Shown here one piece after another: positions 31,232-40,945 of a stretch of 64,000 bases of DNA. Origin of the DNA: Candidatus Poribacteria bacterium (lineage in GTDB: Bacteria > Poribacteria > WGA-4E > PCPOR2b). The number at the start of each line of letters is the position of its first letter. The first letter of the stretch is position 1. The notes under the pieces were generated by a model. The model did no database searches. It was not told the DNA's origin and saw only the letters and a program-made list of their open reading frames with translations. The position numbers and the translations under genes are program-made. The stretch spans positions 864,001 to 928,000 of the forward strand of contig OZ242351.1 in the NCBI GenBank assembly GCA_965208675.1, read 5' to 3'.

Positions 31232-32647
31232 TTAAGGGAAGATTCCTAGTTCTAGATAAGAGCGGGCAATTTTGTTGATGGCACTGATGAAAGAAGCTAT
31301 TCTGAGATCAATATCGTTTCCATGTTGTTTATGGATTTCCCTGATTTCATGGTAGGCGTCAATCATTGTGTCCTCAAGGCCAGAGTTGACTAGGTCGAGT
31401 TCGCCCGCACCGCGTGACAATCGGCTGACTTCTTTTTCCGGAAACGCCTTCCCCGTTATTTTTTCGATTGCACTGAGCATGTTTTGGTTTGAACTCTCTT
31501 CAAAACGTTTCTCCAACCGTCCAAACCGCACATGCGATAGATTCTTAAGCCATTCAAAATATGAAACCGTTACGCCGCCCGCGTTCAGAAACGAATCGGG
31601 GATAATCATTGCACCTTTCTCGTTGAGTATGTCGTGCGCGGCAGGGGTAGTCGGGCCGTTTGCCGCTTCACCGATTATCTTAGCCTGAATGCGCGGTGCG
31701 TTCTCATGAGTAATCTGGTTTTCCAATGCGGCGGGAATAAGGATGTCACATGGCAACTCAAGTGCTTTTGAGGACGACTCAATATTGGTGGCGCCGGGAA
31801 AATCAAGGATTGATCCGTTTTCACGTCTATGTTCCATAACGCTTTCGAGATCCAATCCCTTTGGATTGTAGGTTGCCCCCTCGTACTCCGCCAACCCGCA
31901 TATGACCGCACCGCTTTCTTGCATAAACTTCGCGACGTGGTATCCTACATTTCCAAGCCCCTGTACGACGACCGATTTTCCTTCTAGTCCCGATGATAGG
32001 CCGAGCGGCTTCATGTCTTCCGCAAGGCCGCAAGCCTCCCGGATGCCGAAGTATACGCCCCGGCCGGTTGCTTCTTTCCTTCCACGGATACCGCCTTGCG
32101 ATATCGGTTTACCGGTGACACATGCCATAACCTCCAACTTCTCAGAAGCCAACGCGTTGTACGTACCGAACATCCACGCCATTTCTCGAGCACCTGTTCC
32201 GTAGTCCGGTGCCGGTACGTCTACGCCTGGACCGATGAAATTCTTCATCACCATTTCATAGGTAAAGCGCCGTGTTATTCGTTCTAGTTCTTCAGTAGAA
32301 TATTTCCATTTTGCAATTTTAATCCCGCCTTTGGCACCCCCGAACGGTACATCAACGATGGCGCATTTGTATGTCATTAGTGCCGCGAGCGCCATTACCT
32401 CATCTTCATTGACCAACATACTGTAGCGAATGCCGCCCTTGGTCGGCAGTTTGTGGTGGCTGTGTTCAGCCCTCCATGCGTGAATCGTCTCGATTGTACC
32501 GTTGTCCTTTTCGAGAGGAAATGTTATGTGATAAACGCTGTTACAGATTTTAATCTGCTCTAACAGGCCGGGATGATGGGGAGTTAGCCTAGCGGCTCGG
32601 TCGAAGTTCAGATTGACCTGTTCAAAAAACGGGGTTGTCTCTGGCAT
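31232..32647 (-). CDS. gdhA: Glutamate dehydrogenase (Glu/Leu/Phe/Val family)
   Basis: [48 protein letters not shown]. Confidence 0.95.
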   Translation of the reverse strand: MPETTPFFEQVNLNFDRAARLTPHHPGLLEQIKICNSVYHITFPLEKDNGTIETIHAWRAEHSHHKLPTKGGIRYSMLVNEDEVMALAALMTYKCAIVDVPFGGAKGGIKIAKWKYSTEELERITRRFTYEMVMKNFIGPGVDVPAPDYGTGAREMAWMFGTYNALASEKLEVMACVTGKPISQGGIRGRKEATGRGVYFGIREACGLAEDMKPLGLSSGLEGKSVVVQGLGNVGYHVAKFMQESGAVICGLAEYEGATYNPKGLDLESVMEHRRENGSILDFPGATNIESSSKALELPCDILIPAALENQITHENAPRIQAKIIGEAANGPTTPAAHDILNEKGAMIIPDSFLNAGGVTVSYFEWLKNLSHVRFGRLEKRFEESSNQNMLSAIEKITGKAFPEKEVSRLSRGAGELDLVNSGLEDTMIDAYHEIREIHKQHGNDIDLRIASFISAINKIARSYLELGIFP

Positions 32648-32760
32648 AGCGCACGCTCCTGTGAAAAATATTGCCCGGTGTAATTGCGAGGCGTATGATG
32701 ATTCTTGCTAATTACACTTCCGCTGTATTGCTCAACTACATCCTAAATAGTTTGGACTCT

Positions 32761-32789
32761 ATCATAACACAAACGGATAACAAAAACAA
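32761..32789 (-). promoter_or_regulatory. Possible sigma70 promoter for gdhA
   Basis: Minus strand TTGTTT-17 nt-TATGAT with extended -10 TG. Confidence 0.4.
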
Positions 32790-33420
32790 CGGTTCGATAG
32801 TCCCTTTATACAACATCTAACGCCTAGAGCCCACGAGGCAAGCCGTAATTCCCTTATTCACTGGACAGCGATGAACAAGGTGGAAGGCGGATTCCGGCGC
32901 CGATTTGGTCAAGTTGAATCGCCGGAAATCATGCGTAATTCACATCGAGCGGAATTAGAAAAAGGAGCCATAGCCGGAAAGTTAACTGTCATCCGGGAAT
33001 GTGGCTAGGAGAAGAGGATAGAAACGGGTGAAGATTGGCAATTATGGGCATGAAGGGTAAATGAGGTAGGCGCGTCCCCTGCCAAGCCCTCTCGGTTGGG
33101 TAGGTTGAATCAGAGGGCTTGATAGAGAGAGGTTATTGTTTTAAATACGTAATCGTATTCTAATTAAGTGAGATTATTGCGCCGGCGTGCGGCGTTAGTG
33201 CCCGCGGTTCATGATCACGGGGTTATTGAAACCGTGATTTCTTATTAAGCCCGTGTCTAAACGATTCGGTAATCACAACAATGCGGACACCGAATCGTCG
33301 AGGGACACCTTGGTTATCGCACATGGGCGGTCCTTTTAAATTCCCATAGTGAATCGCTCGCACATCAATGGTGTCAATGTTCCCCTAATCCCCCGGTGCG
33401 ATTTTTACGCCGTGTTTCAT

Positions 33421-35034
33421 TCACTCTACTCGCTTCATTTCTCCGGATTTGTAGCGGCCCCAATAGTCTTGCACTTTCACCAGAACTCTTGGCGCGAGAA
33501 TTATGCTGCCTACTATATTTGGAAATGCCATGCTGAGAATTAGCAAATCAGAAAATTCAAGTACATCTGTCAATGTGTTTACCGCTCCGAGAATAATAAA
33601 ACCGACAAAAATGATTCTGAAAACGATGACCGATTTCAAACCAACCCCGCCGAAGTGATCCAACAGATAAACCCAACCGCGTTCGCCATAGTAACACCAA
33701 GCAATCATCGTGGAATACGCAAAAAGCCCTATGCTGATGGTGAGAATATATGGGAACCAGCTAATTGCACTGCCAAATGCGGCTGTCGTTAGCGCAACAC
33801 CAGCATTTTGGGGAATGCTCGGATTAATCCAAGCGCCCGTGATAATCACTACTAATGCAGTCATCGTGCATACGATGATGGTATCAATGAAAGGACCAAT
33901 CATGCCGATGATGCCTTCCCGGACAGGTTCATCGGTCTTCGCCGCGGCATGGGCGATAGCTGCACTGCCAAGCCCGGCTTCGTTGGAAAACGACGCTCGT
34001 CTAATTCCCCAAACAAACACGCCGACAAAACCGCCATAGAACGCATTTTCGGTGAACGCCATACTAAAAATCAAACCGATAGTCGCAGGCACCTTGGTAA
34101 TGTTTGAGAGAATGATGAAGAGCGAAGCTACTACGTAAATGCCGCACATCGCCGGAACGATTTTGGATGTTGCTGCGCCAATCCGCTTGATCCCGCCAAT
34201 AATTACTATCCCGACTAACACCGCCATGATGATGCCAATTAGCCAGTTGAAGCTCTCCGAAATCCCGAACGTACTCCGAAACGCTTCGGCAGTTTGGTTG
34301 GCTTGGAACATGTTGCCGCCGCCGATTGCGCCGCACATAATCATGAGCGCGTACATCACGCCAAGGACTTTCCCGATCGGCTTCCAGGACCCACCCATCT
34401 GTTTCAATCCCAGGTCAACATAATACATCGCACCACCCGAAATAGAACCATCGGCGTTTACCCGGCGGTACATCTGCGATAGAACGCAGGTGCAGAATTT
34501 TTCGGACATCCCGAACACTGCAGCGAACATCATCCAGAATACCGCGCCCGGACCTCCCAATTGAATCGCGATAGCGACACCTGCGATGTTGCCAAGCCCA
34601 ACTGTGGCAGAGAGCGCGCTTGTCAAGGCACGAAAATGGGAAATCTCGCCGGTGTCTTCCGGCTTGTCATACTTCCCGCGAATGACATCAATTGAGTGTT
34701 TTAGCCCTCGCACATTGATCCAGCGATACCAAAACGTGAAAAAGATACCTCCTAAAATGAGAAGCATTACGAGAAATGGAACTGGAATAACGCGCTTCGC
34801 CGGATTACCCATCTCGTCGTAAATCGGCATTCCCTCCCGATCCACTTGGTCTAGCTGGACTGCGCCAAAGGCGATATCAAAGAACAAGACGGCTGAAACG
34901 GCTTTATTTACCGTAGCAAGGACTGTCGGTGATTCCTCCGCTTCTGCCCACGCGGACGTACCAATTAGAATTGTCAGCAATACCAGAACTACAGCTAACA
35001 TCTTACTGTAAAGCAATAAGGTTTCTCCTTTCAT
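33421..35034 (-). CDS. Alanine/glycine:cation symporter (AGCS family)
   Basis: TVGLGNIAGVA, GGPGAVFWM, FSNEAGLGSA, PFIDTIIVCT. Confidence 0.93.
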   Translation of the reverse strand: MKGETLLLYSKMLAVVLVLLTILIGTSAWAEAEESPTVLATVNKAVSAVLFFDIAFGAVQLDQVDREGMPIYDEMGNPAKRVIPVPFLVMLLILGGIFFTFWYRWINVRGLKHSIDVIRGKYDKPEDTGEISHFRALTSALSATVGLGNIAGVAIAIQLGGPGAVFWMMFAAVFGMSEKFCTCVLSQMYRRVNADGSISGGAMYYVDLGLKQMGGSWKPIGKVLGVMYALMIMCGAIGGGNMFQANQTAEAFRSTFGISESFNWLIGIIMAVLVGIVIIGGIKRIGAATSKIVPAMCGIYVVASLFIILSNITKVPATIGLIFSMAFTENAFYGGFVGVFVWGIRRASFSNEAGLGSAAIAHAAAKTDEPVREGIIGMIGPFIDTIIVCTMTALVVIITGAWINPSIPQNAGVALTTAAFGSAISWFPYILTISIGLFAYSTMIAWCYYGERGWVYLLDHFGGVGLKSVIVFRIIFVGFIILGAVNTLTDVLEFSDLLILSMAFPNIVGSIILAPRVLVKVQDYWGRYKSGEMKRVE

Positions 35035-35052
35035 TTTTGTTCATGCAGAACA

Positions 35053-35856
35053 TTACTCTTCTACAGCAACGACCTGGCGAAAATCAAACTCAAAATCAAC
35101 TTTTGACCGACTCCCTTCCCCATTCATTATTATGACATTGGGAATGATAACGCTCACATCCGTTGCCTCAAGATCGAGCCGATCAAACACCAATAGCCCA
35201 CTGCGTTTGGCACCCCGAAAAAGTTTCCCGCCTTCGAAGATAGTGTCTCGAGCAACACTTCGGGCGTCGTTTAAATCATATGAGTCTGGATAGGTGTGGT
35301 ATATTCGGTAAGGTGGATGATAACGGTAGCGATGAAGATGTCCGTGGAAATAGTGGCGGTAAGGGCTGCGGTAAAGTGAACGAGGATACGGATAAGAATA
35401 CCGATATCCAATATCGTGATAAACTACTGTCCGAGGACTCGGAGAATCGTAGACATCACTAAAAAAGCTGTACGGCAATGAAGCATACTGATCGCCGTGC
35501 GCATCAATTAAAAATCCGGTTTCGTCAATAACTACCCGCCTATTATCGACGTTACGTACGCGAACGCCAAAGACTGTATACAAAGGTACTAAGTTTCGCC
35601 CATCCGAAACTATGTAAGGGTTGATGTTAGGGTGTTCTATTAGCTCGGCTAGCTTGGCTGAATCGAGCGGTTCAAGCGTAACACGGACACCCTTCTGCTC
35701 GACCGTTATTGAACCCGCCTGGGGATTGATTTGAGCATTCTCGCCCTCAACGACAGGCTCCATGTAGACATCAATATGCTGTTTGAGACCACAGCCCGTT
35801 AGATAGCTCGTGGCCGCCACCAAGAAAAGTAAGCCCCAAAACTTTCGGTACATCAT
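35053..35856 (-). CDS. Lipoprotein with a Tyr/His/Arg/Pro-rich insert
   Basis: SD GGAGG before MMYRK at 35856; lipobox LTGC. Confidence 0.75.
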   Translation of the reverse strand: MMYRKFWGLLFLVAATSYLTGCGLKQHIDVYMEPVVEGENAQINPQAGSITVEQKGVRVTLEPLDSAKLAELIEHPNINPYIVSDGRNLVPLYTVFGVRVRNVDNRRVVIDETGFLIDAHGDQYASLPYSFFSDVYDSPSPRTVVYHDIGYRYSYPYPRSLYRSPYRHYFHGHLHRYRYHPPYRIYHTYPDSYDLNDARSVARDTIFEGGKLFRGAKRSGLLVFDRLDLEATDVSVIIPNVIIMNGEGSRSKVDFEFDFRQVVAVEE

Positions 35857-36156
35857 TTTTCGTTCCTCCGTTAAGAAATTGAGTATATTGCTGCTTCTAC
35901 CGACACTGAGCAATTTAGATGCCATCATTCACTCAATCAATGACTAGGGCTAAACGGGGGTTATAATATGGCACATAATATCTACTGTGGCAAGCACGAT
36001 ACAATACTGTAGCAAAAAAGTAACTAGAAATGTCTTTCGGATTACGATTGAATCAACGCCGAATGTATAACAGAATTAGGCGTACGCCCATTTCACGAAT
36101 GCTCTTAGTTTAACACAGCGCGGGAAAAATTGCAATTGCTTTTCATTTTCTTTCAT

Positions 36157-36729
36157 TCAGCCGTACTGCCGCCATAAAAATCGTCCTACTATCAGTCCAA
36201 CGACAGCAATAATTGCGGTGAGTGTGCGTTTTTCACTCTTTAACGCGCGGGAGAAGGAAAAATCGTGCTTGGAAGGATTGGCATATCGGTGAATTTTAGG
36301 AAGGAATTGAGGCACTGCCGCAAAATAGGATTCATATACTGAACCACAGAACTTGCGCAGGTAAGCCTCTTCAGAAGCGATAATTGGGAGATACTGGGCA
36401 GCGTAGCCAATGAAGAGTAAGATTATCATCCAGTAGACATTAGCGATTAAACAGACACCGAAACTTAGGAACAGATTTCCCAAGTAAAGTGGATTTCGGA
36501 CATAGGCGTAAGGGCCTGTTGTAATGAGGTTGCGCGCTACGCCTAAATCTTGGGCGCGGGTGGTGCCGCCCGCATAACCGGCGGTCCACAAACGAAGACA
36601 CTCACCAATACACAAAAAGGAGATTCCAATCAGAACAGAAATCGGCGTAGGCCGGGAATAATAGGCTAGGACGAGAACAAACGGAATGGGAGTCAGGCTC
36701 CGCAAGCGAAAGAGAAATCTGCCAATCAT
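36157..36729 (-). CDS. Isoprenylcysteine carboxyl methyltransferase/PEMT-family membrane methyltransferase
   Basis: LITTGPYAYVRNPLYLG, EEAYL, Y-AAVP motifs. Confidence 0.88.
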   Translation of the reverse strand: MIGRFLFRLRSLTPIPFVLVLAYYSRPTPISVLIGISFLCIGECLRLWTAGYAGGTTRAQDLGVARNLITTGPYAYVRNPLYLGNLFLSFGVCLIANVYWMIILLFIGYAAQYLPIIASEEAYLRKFCGSVYESYFAAVPQFLPKIHRYANPSKHDFSFSRALKSEKRTLTAIIAVVGLIVGRFLWRQYG

Positions 36730-36748
36730 ATTGGCCTGCCCATTACGC

Positions 36749-37810
36749 TCACTTGGGAGTTTTCCAAATCAGCACTGCTCCAATGATTGCATAAATTGTG
36801 TTTGCGCCCCAACACGCTACGATTGGTGAAAGTTTGCCGTTTTCGCCAAGTCCCTCAAGTGTTGCAAACGAAACACCCCAATACAAAAAACTGAGAAAAA
36901 AGGCAATCACCAAACCGGCGAAAAACCCGGCTTTGCCAAATCGTATAGAAATTGGCGCACCGATTAATACAACGACGAACGCTGCAAACGGATAAGCCAA
37001 TTTGTGCTGTATCTTCACCTGCTCACGCCGAATAGTTTGGCCCGCGCGCCTTTTATACCGAACCTGCTCCTGCAGCTCCGCAAACGTCATCGCGCGTATA
37101 TCTTTGTCGTTCCCAGCGAACCGCTCCGGATTTTCAGAGCGATTAATCTGCTTGGTATCGAACGGCTCAAAAGAAATTTCAACGTCTTTCTCAATGCGGC
37201 GTATAAAACCGTCGACGAGATGCCATTGGGTAGGTGACCATGTTACCGAATGGGCAAAAATCTCCTGCTCAAGATTTCCGATCGAATCAAACTCATAAAT
37301 TGTCATTTTATTGATGTTTTGGTGTTGGAGATCCAAATTTTGGATGTAGAACAGCCGATTATGTTGCCCTTTAAACACCACATTTCGACTACGGCGCAAC
37401 GGAATCTTCTTTTTCAATTGATTCGCCCGGTGGTAAGCAGGTGCAGCAATCTGATCGTAGAACAGTGAAAAAAGGATGCAAATTAGGAGAGTAGAAGCGA
37501 GAATTGGGGCGATAATACGATACACGCTGATGGTCGCCATCTTCATTGCTGTGAGTTCATTGTTTCTTGCCATGCGGCCTAAAACGAAGAAAGTCGCGAG
37601 AAAACTGGCGAGCGGGACAACCTCCATGATTCTGCGCGGCGCCTGAAATAAAACAATCTGGATTGCCGTGGTGTAAGGTACATCTTCATCAAATCGTTTG
37701 ATGTCTTTATCGAGCAAGCGAACAACAACTACAAGCGTAATAAAAAATGTAAGCGCCAACACAAAAGTTCTTATATATTCAGCAAAAATGTACCGGTCTA
37801 GGATTCTCAA
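36749..37810 (-). CDS. lptG: LPS export permease LptG
   Basis: ILDRYI start, NELTAMK, KLAYPFA; follows lptF. Confidence 0.85.
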   Translation of the reverse strand: MRILDRYIFAEYIRTFVLALTFFITLVVVVRLLDKDIKRFDEDVPYTTAIQIVLFQAPRRIMEVVPLASFLATFFVLGRMARNNELTAMKMATISVYRIIAPILASTLLICILFSLFYDQIAAPAYHRANQLKKKIPLRRSRNVVFKGQHNRLFYIQNLDLQHQNINKMTIYEFDSIGNLEQEIFAHSVTWSPTQWHLVDGFIRRIEKDVEISFEPFDTKQINRSENPERFAGNDKDIRAMTFAELQEQVRYKRRAGQTIRREQVKIQHKLAYPFAAFVVVLIGAPISIRFGKAGFFAGLVIAFFLSFLYWGVSFATLEGLGENGKLSPIVACWGANTIYAIIGAVLIWKTPK

Positions 37811-37812
37811 TC

Positions 37813-39027
37813 TTATTCCCCGAGATGTTGTATTTCCGGATTTTTCAAAACTACTGGCGGATTTTCACCCCGCGTTCGCCACGCTGTCAATCTATCTTCA
37901 AAAATCGTCATTACGATGATTCCCATTCCAATCGCTCCTATAGTAATATTCGGCAACCAAATCGAAAATGCGGGCGGCAGCGTGCCATTTTCTCCAGCCT
38001 CCTGCCCGAACTGCAAAATCAGATAGTAAAACAGAATCAGTGTCATCCCTATTCCTGCCCCGACCATTTTGCCGCTTCGTTTCACTATCAACCCTAGCGG
38101 CACGCCAATTAAACCGAAAACAAAACACGCAAACGGGATTGAAAACCTCTTCTGATACTCTACCCGTGCCTTCCTTGACTTATCTATTATTAAGTCTGAA
38201 CTGTTCACCTGCGAAAGACGGCTTTCAAGTTTATTCACGTGGGCTCTGAGCTTTTCCATCGACATGGTCCGAGGACTTTCAAATTCTTGTTTCGTACGTT
38301 CCACTGTCTCGCTCAAATCGAGTGCGATTCGATGTTCAGCAAACGATGTCAGCCGGAAACCGTTAGGTGAAGAGGGAATAGGTTCATAGGTTAAGCCGTC
38401 GTAGAGTTTTAACCAAGCCTGACCGTTTTCAATCTCAATGTCCCCTCCAGTTGCATGGATAAAACGAGGCTGCCCCGACCAAATTGAATCCCACACCTTA
38501 ACGTCTTGCAGCCTATCCGTGTTTGAGGCTGTCGATTCGTACATCCAGAGTTTTCCCTCCCGTTCCAACTCCTTCATGATCACACCCTCTTCTAACACAA
38601 AAGCTGGATTCTGCCTGTTTATATCGCGCTTTAACGAAGCATAAGCCACATTGCCGCGGGGCAAAGCGTAGTCCATGAAGAAAAAATCAAAAACGCCAAT
38701 TAAGCTTGCAACGACCAACAGCGGCAAAAGGATTTGATGAAATCCAATTCCGTGCGATTTCATAGCGGCAATCTCATTGTCTGTCGAGAGTCTTCCCAAG
38801 GCAAGCAGGATTCCAACGAGGGTTGCCATTGGGATAGTCAAGACTAGTATCACCGGCAAGACATAAATCAGCAGTTCAATCAGATAACCGAGGTTGATTC
38901 CCTTTTCTACAAAGCGTTTTGTGAGTCGGAAAATTTCGTCAAGTAACAGGATGGAAGTAAAACAGAGTAGCGCAAGAAAGAAGGGTGGGAAGAACTCTTT
39001 TAGTGCGTATCTAGTTAAAATTTTCAA
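37813..39027 (-). CDS. lptF: LPS export permease LptF
   Basis: ILTRYALKE, LGRLSTDNEIAAMK, KRFSIPFAC, WLPN. Confidence 0.85.
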   Translation of the reverse strand: MKILTRYALKEFFPPFFLALLCFTSILLLDEIFRLTKRFVEKGINLGYLIELLIYVLPVILVLTIPMATLVGILLALGRLSTDNEIAAMKSHGIGFHQILLPLLVVASLIGVFDFFFMDYALPRGNVAYASLKRDINRQNPAFVLEEGVIMKELEREGKLWMYESTASNTDRLQDVKVWDSIWSGQPRFIHATGGDIEIENGQAWLKLYDGLTYEPIPSSPNGFRLTSFAEHRIALDLSETVERTKQEFESPRTMSMEKLRAHVNKLESRLSQVNSSDLIIDKSRKARVEYQKRFSIPFACFVFGLIGVPLGLIVKRSGKMVGAGIGMTLILFYYLILQFGQEAGENGTLPPAFSIWLPNITIGAIGMGIIVMTIFEDRLTAWRTRGENPPVVLKNPEIQHLGE

Positions 39028-39736
39028 GCCTATAAAACTCCGATTGCCTGCACAATGTACATCATATTGTTGGTTTATTTTACACCACGCAAGTCAATAT
39101 ATGCAAGATATTAGTTGCTACGCAAAAGTTGAATCTTCAGTTACACAACACCTTTGACCGTCAACGAGAAATTTCCCGCGTCCCTTTCTACTGAGTCATC
39201 TTGTTCCAGACGTAAAATCATGTGCGCACATTTGCCAATTGCATTTTAAGTCTAACGCCTTTTCACTGCACAACGCACGTTTCGCATCCATCCATGCCGG
39301 CGAGAAAAACCATTTGGCCCAACAACGGCTCTAGCACATAATTTTCAAACAGGAATTAAAGCAATGCACTATCTGCGAGAAAATTCTCTCTTATAGGCGG
39401 AATTTTCGCTAAAAGTGCATCCGAATCTGTGTTGCAGTAAACGACTGTAAAATTGTCTTCTCAACAGCATTTATACAAATAATATACGTCGCGCAATCAT
39501 CCATGACAGCGAGAAATACAATTACCTCGTCGCCCATGCATGAATCCCACTTTAACACGGACGCGGCGGTGACAAAAATTTACCAATATGCGTTTTTGGG
39601 GTTAATTTCGTTGTGCAATTGCTAACATCTACAATGGACAAACAAAACAGCTAGGATATTACCCAATGCGAGAGGCTTTGGACCTTACGGCAACGGGAAA
39701 GGTTTGATGCAACTCACGTATCATCAGGAGAATGAA

Positions 39737-40945
39737 ATGAGAATGGATTTAAATAATGTGCTTCAACGTTCAACGAGCGTACGGGTAGAAGCCCACTGGG
39801 AACCGATTGCGGATTCTTCGTTTAATCTGCATAACGAATATCGTGAGCACGCTGGGTTATTCGATCTGTCTCCAATCTACCCCACCAAAAAATATGAGCC
39901 GGACGCGTTTAAAGCGTTTCTTCCCTCCCGGCCGATGTTGGTAGGTGATGTATGGGAGCTCGACTCCGAGGGAGTTGTTCAGTTCCTTCGCCAATTCCAC
40001 TCTGGAGCGACGATGAAACTACATCATGGCACGGAAGGCGCCTACGCGTGCCTTCGCGCGCTTTCGTCAAAATATGCGGAAATTACATTTCGCATTCATG
40101 CAGATTTTGCCTTATCGAGTATCGCGTATGAAAATTGGCGGCGGGACAATTCGTTGAAGGAGGATGAGGGCAAAGCCCGCTTTATCCCATCACAATTTGC
40201 AGGGCGATTGGTAGTCAACCTTAAAGAGAGGACGGTTAGAGCGTTTTCACTTGCGTTGCCGCCCCGCAATAGCAACGTAGACATCAACGCCTACGGCGGC
40301 GCTGATATGGTTTTAGTACCGCGTATGGAACTCGTCGGTGCTAACGCCAATGACCAGTGTGAAATTGCGTGGGACACTAACATCACTGAGGATGAAGCGC
40401 GCAGGGCGTTGGAGTTGAAGTTCTACAAGTTCGCTGAAATTGAATGGCGGCCGGTTGAAGAAGCGGTTAAACTTGCTGTGGAAACGGGTCGTCCGATCCA
40501 TGCAATCCTTGTCTGGGGGGCGTTGGACGACGAATCATGCTGAGCGAACGGCAAACAATTGAGGGCGGGTCCGCTCTCCAATTCAGAAGTGATAAAGACG
40601 CTCAACCAGAAGTTCGTCAATACTTGGGTGTTCCTACGAGAGTTGCCGGAACTAATAGGCGGCGCGAGAGGGGAAGGTGCGAGCCGCGTCGTGGCAAAAC
40701 TACAACAGCATTACTCCGATTCGGTAGATATATTGATGCTGTCTTCAGAAGCAGAGGTGCTGGCACATCAGCCGGAGATGGCGCTTCCTTACAGGGGCAG
40801 GACAGAAGCTTACTTAAAGTTCCTCAATCGAACTTTAGAATCCTTTGAAGGAAGATATTTCTCAAAATTAGATGCAAAACCCATCAGATTGGGGAGGAAG
40901 TTTAAGAGCCTGTTTGAAAAAGAAAAAAGATGTCTGAACGGTTGA
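39737..40945 (+). CDS. Selenoprotein N (SELENON)-like selenoprotein; Sec UGA at 40541-40543; C-terminus cut off by an IS
   Basis: Track ORFs 39704-40543 and 40559-40945 are in one frame separated by a single TGA. The read-through HAILVWGALDDESC-U-ANGKQLRAGPLSN...LNQKFVNTW matches the SELENON LLWGALDDQSCUGSGRTLR...LNESFISTW motif as I recall it. SD AGGAG lies before ATG 39737. Confidence 0.88.
40557..40583 (+). promoter_or_regulatory. Bacterial SECIS element
   Basis: Hairpin AATTG-AGGGCG-[GGTC]-CGCTCT-C-CAATT; the GGUC apical loop starts 24 nt after the UGA and resembles the E. coli fdhF SECIS loop. Confidence 0.75.

Noticed and set aside
40541-40543. UGA read as Trp/Gly (alternative genetic code) or as a simple nonsense mutation
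   Set aside because: Other genes here end in TGA and use TGG for Trp; this TGA falls at the SelN Sec position and is followed by a SECIS-like hairpin.
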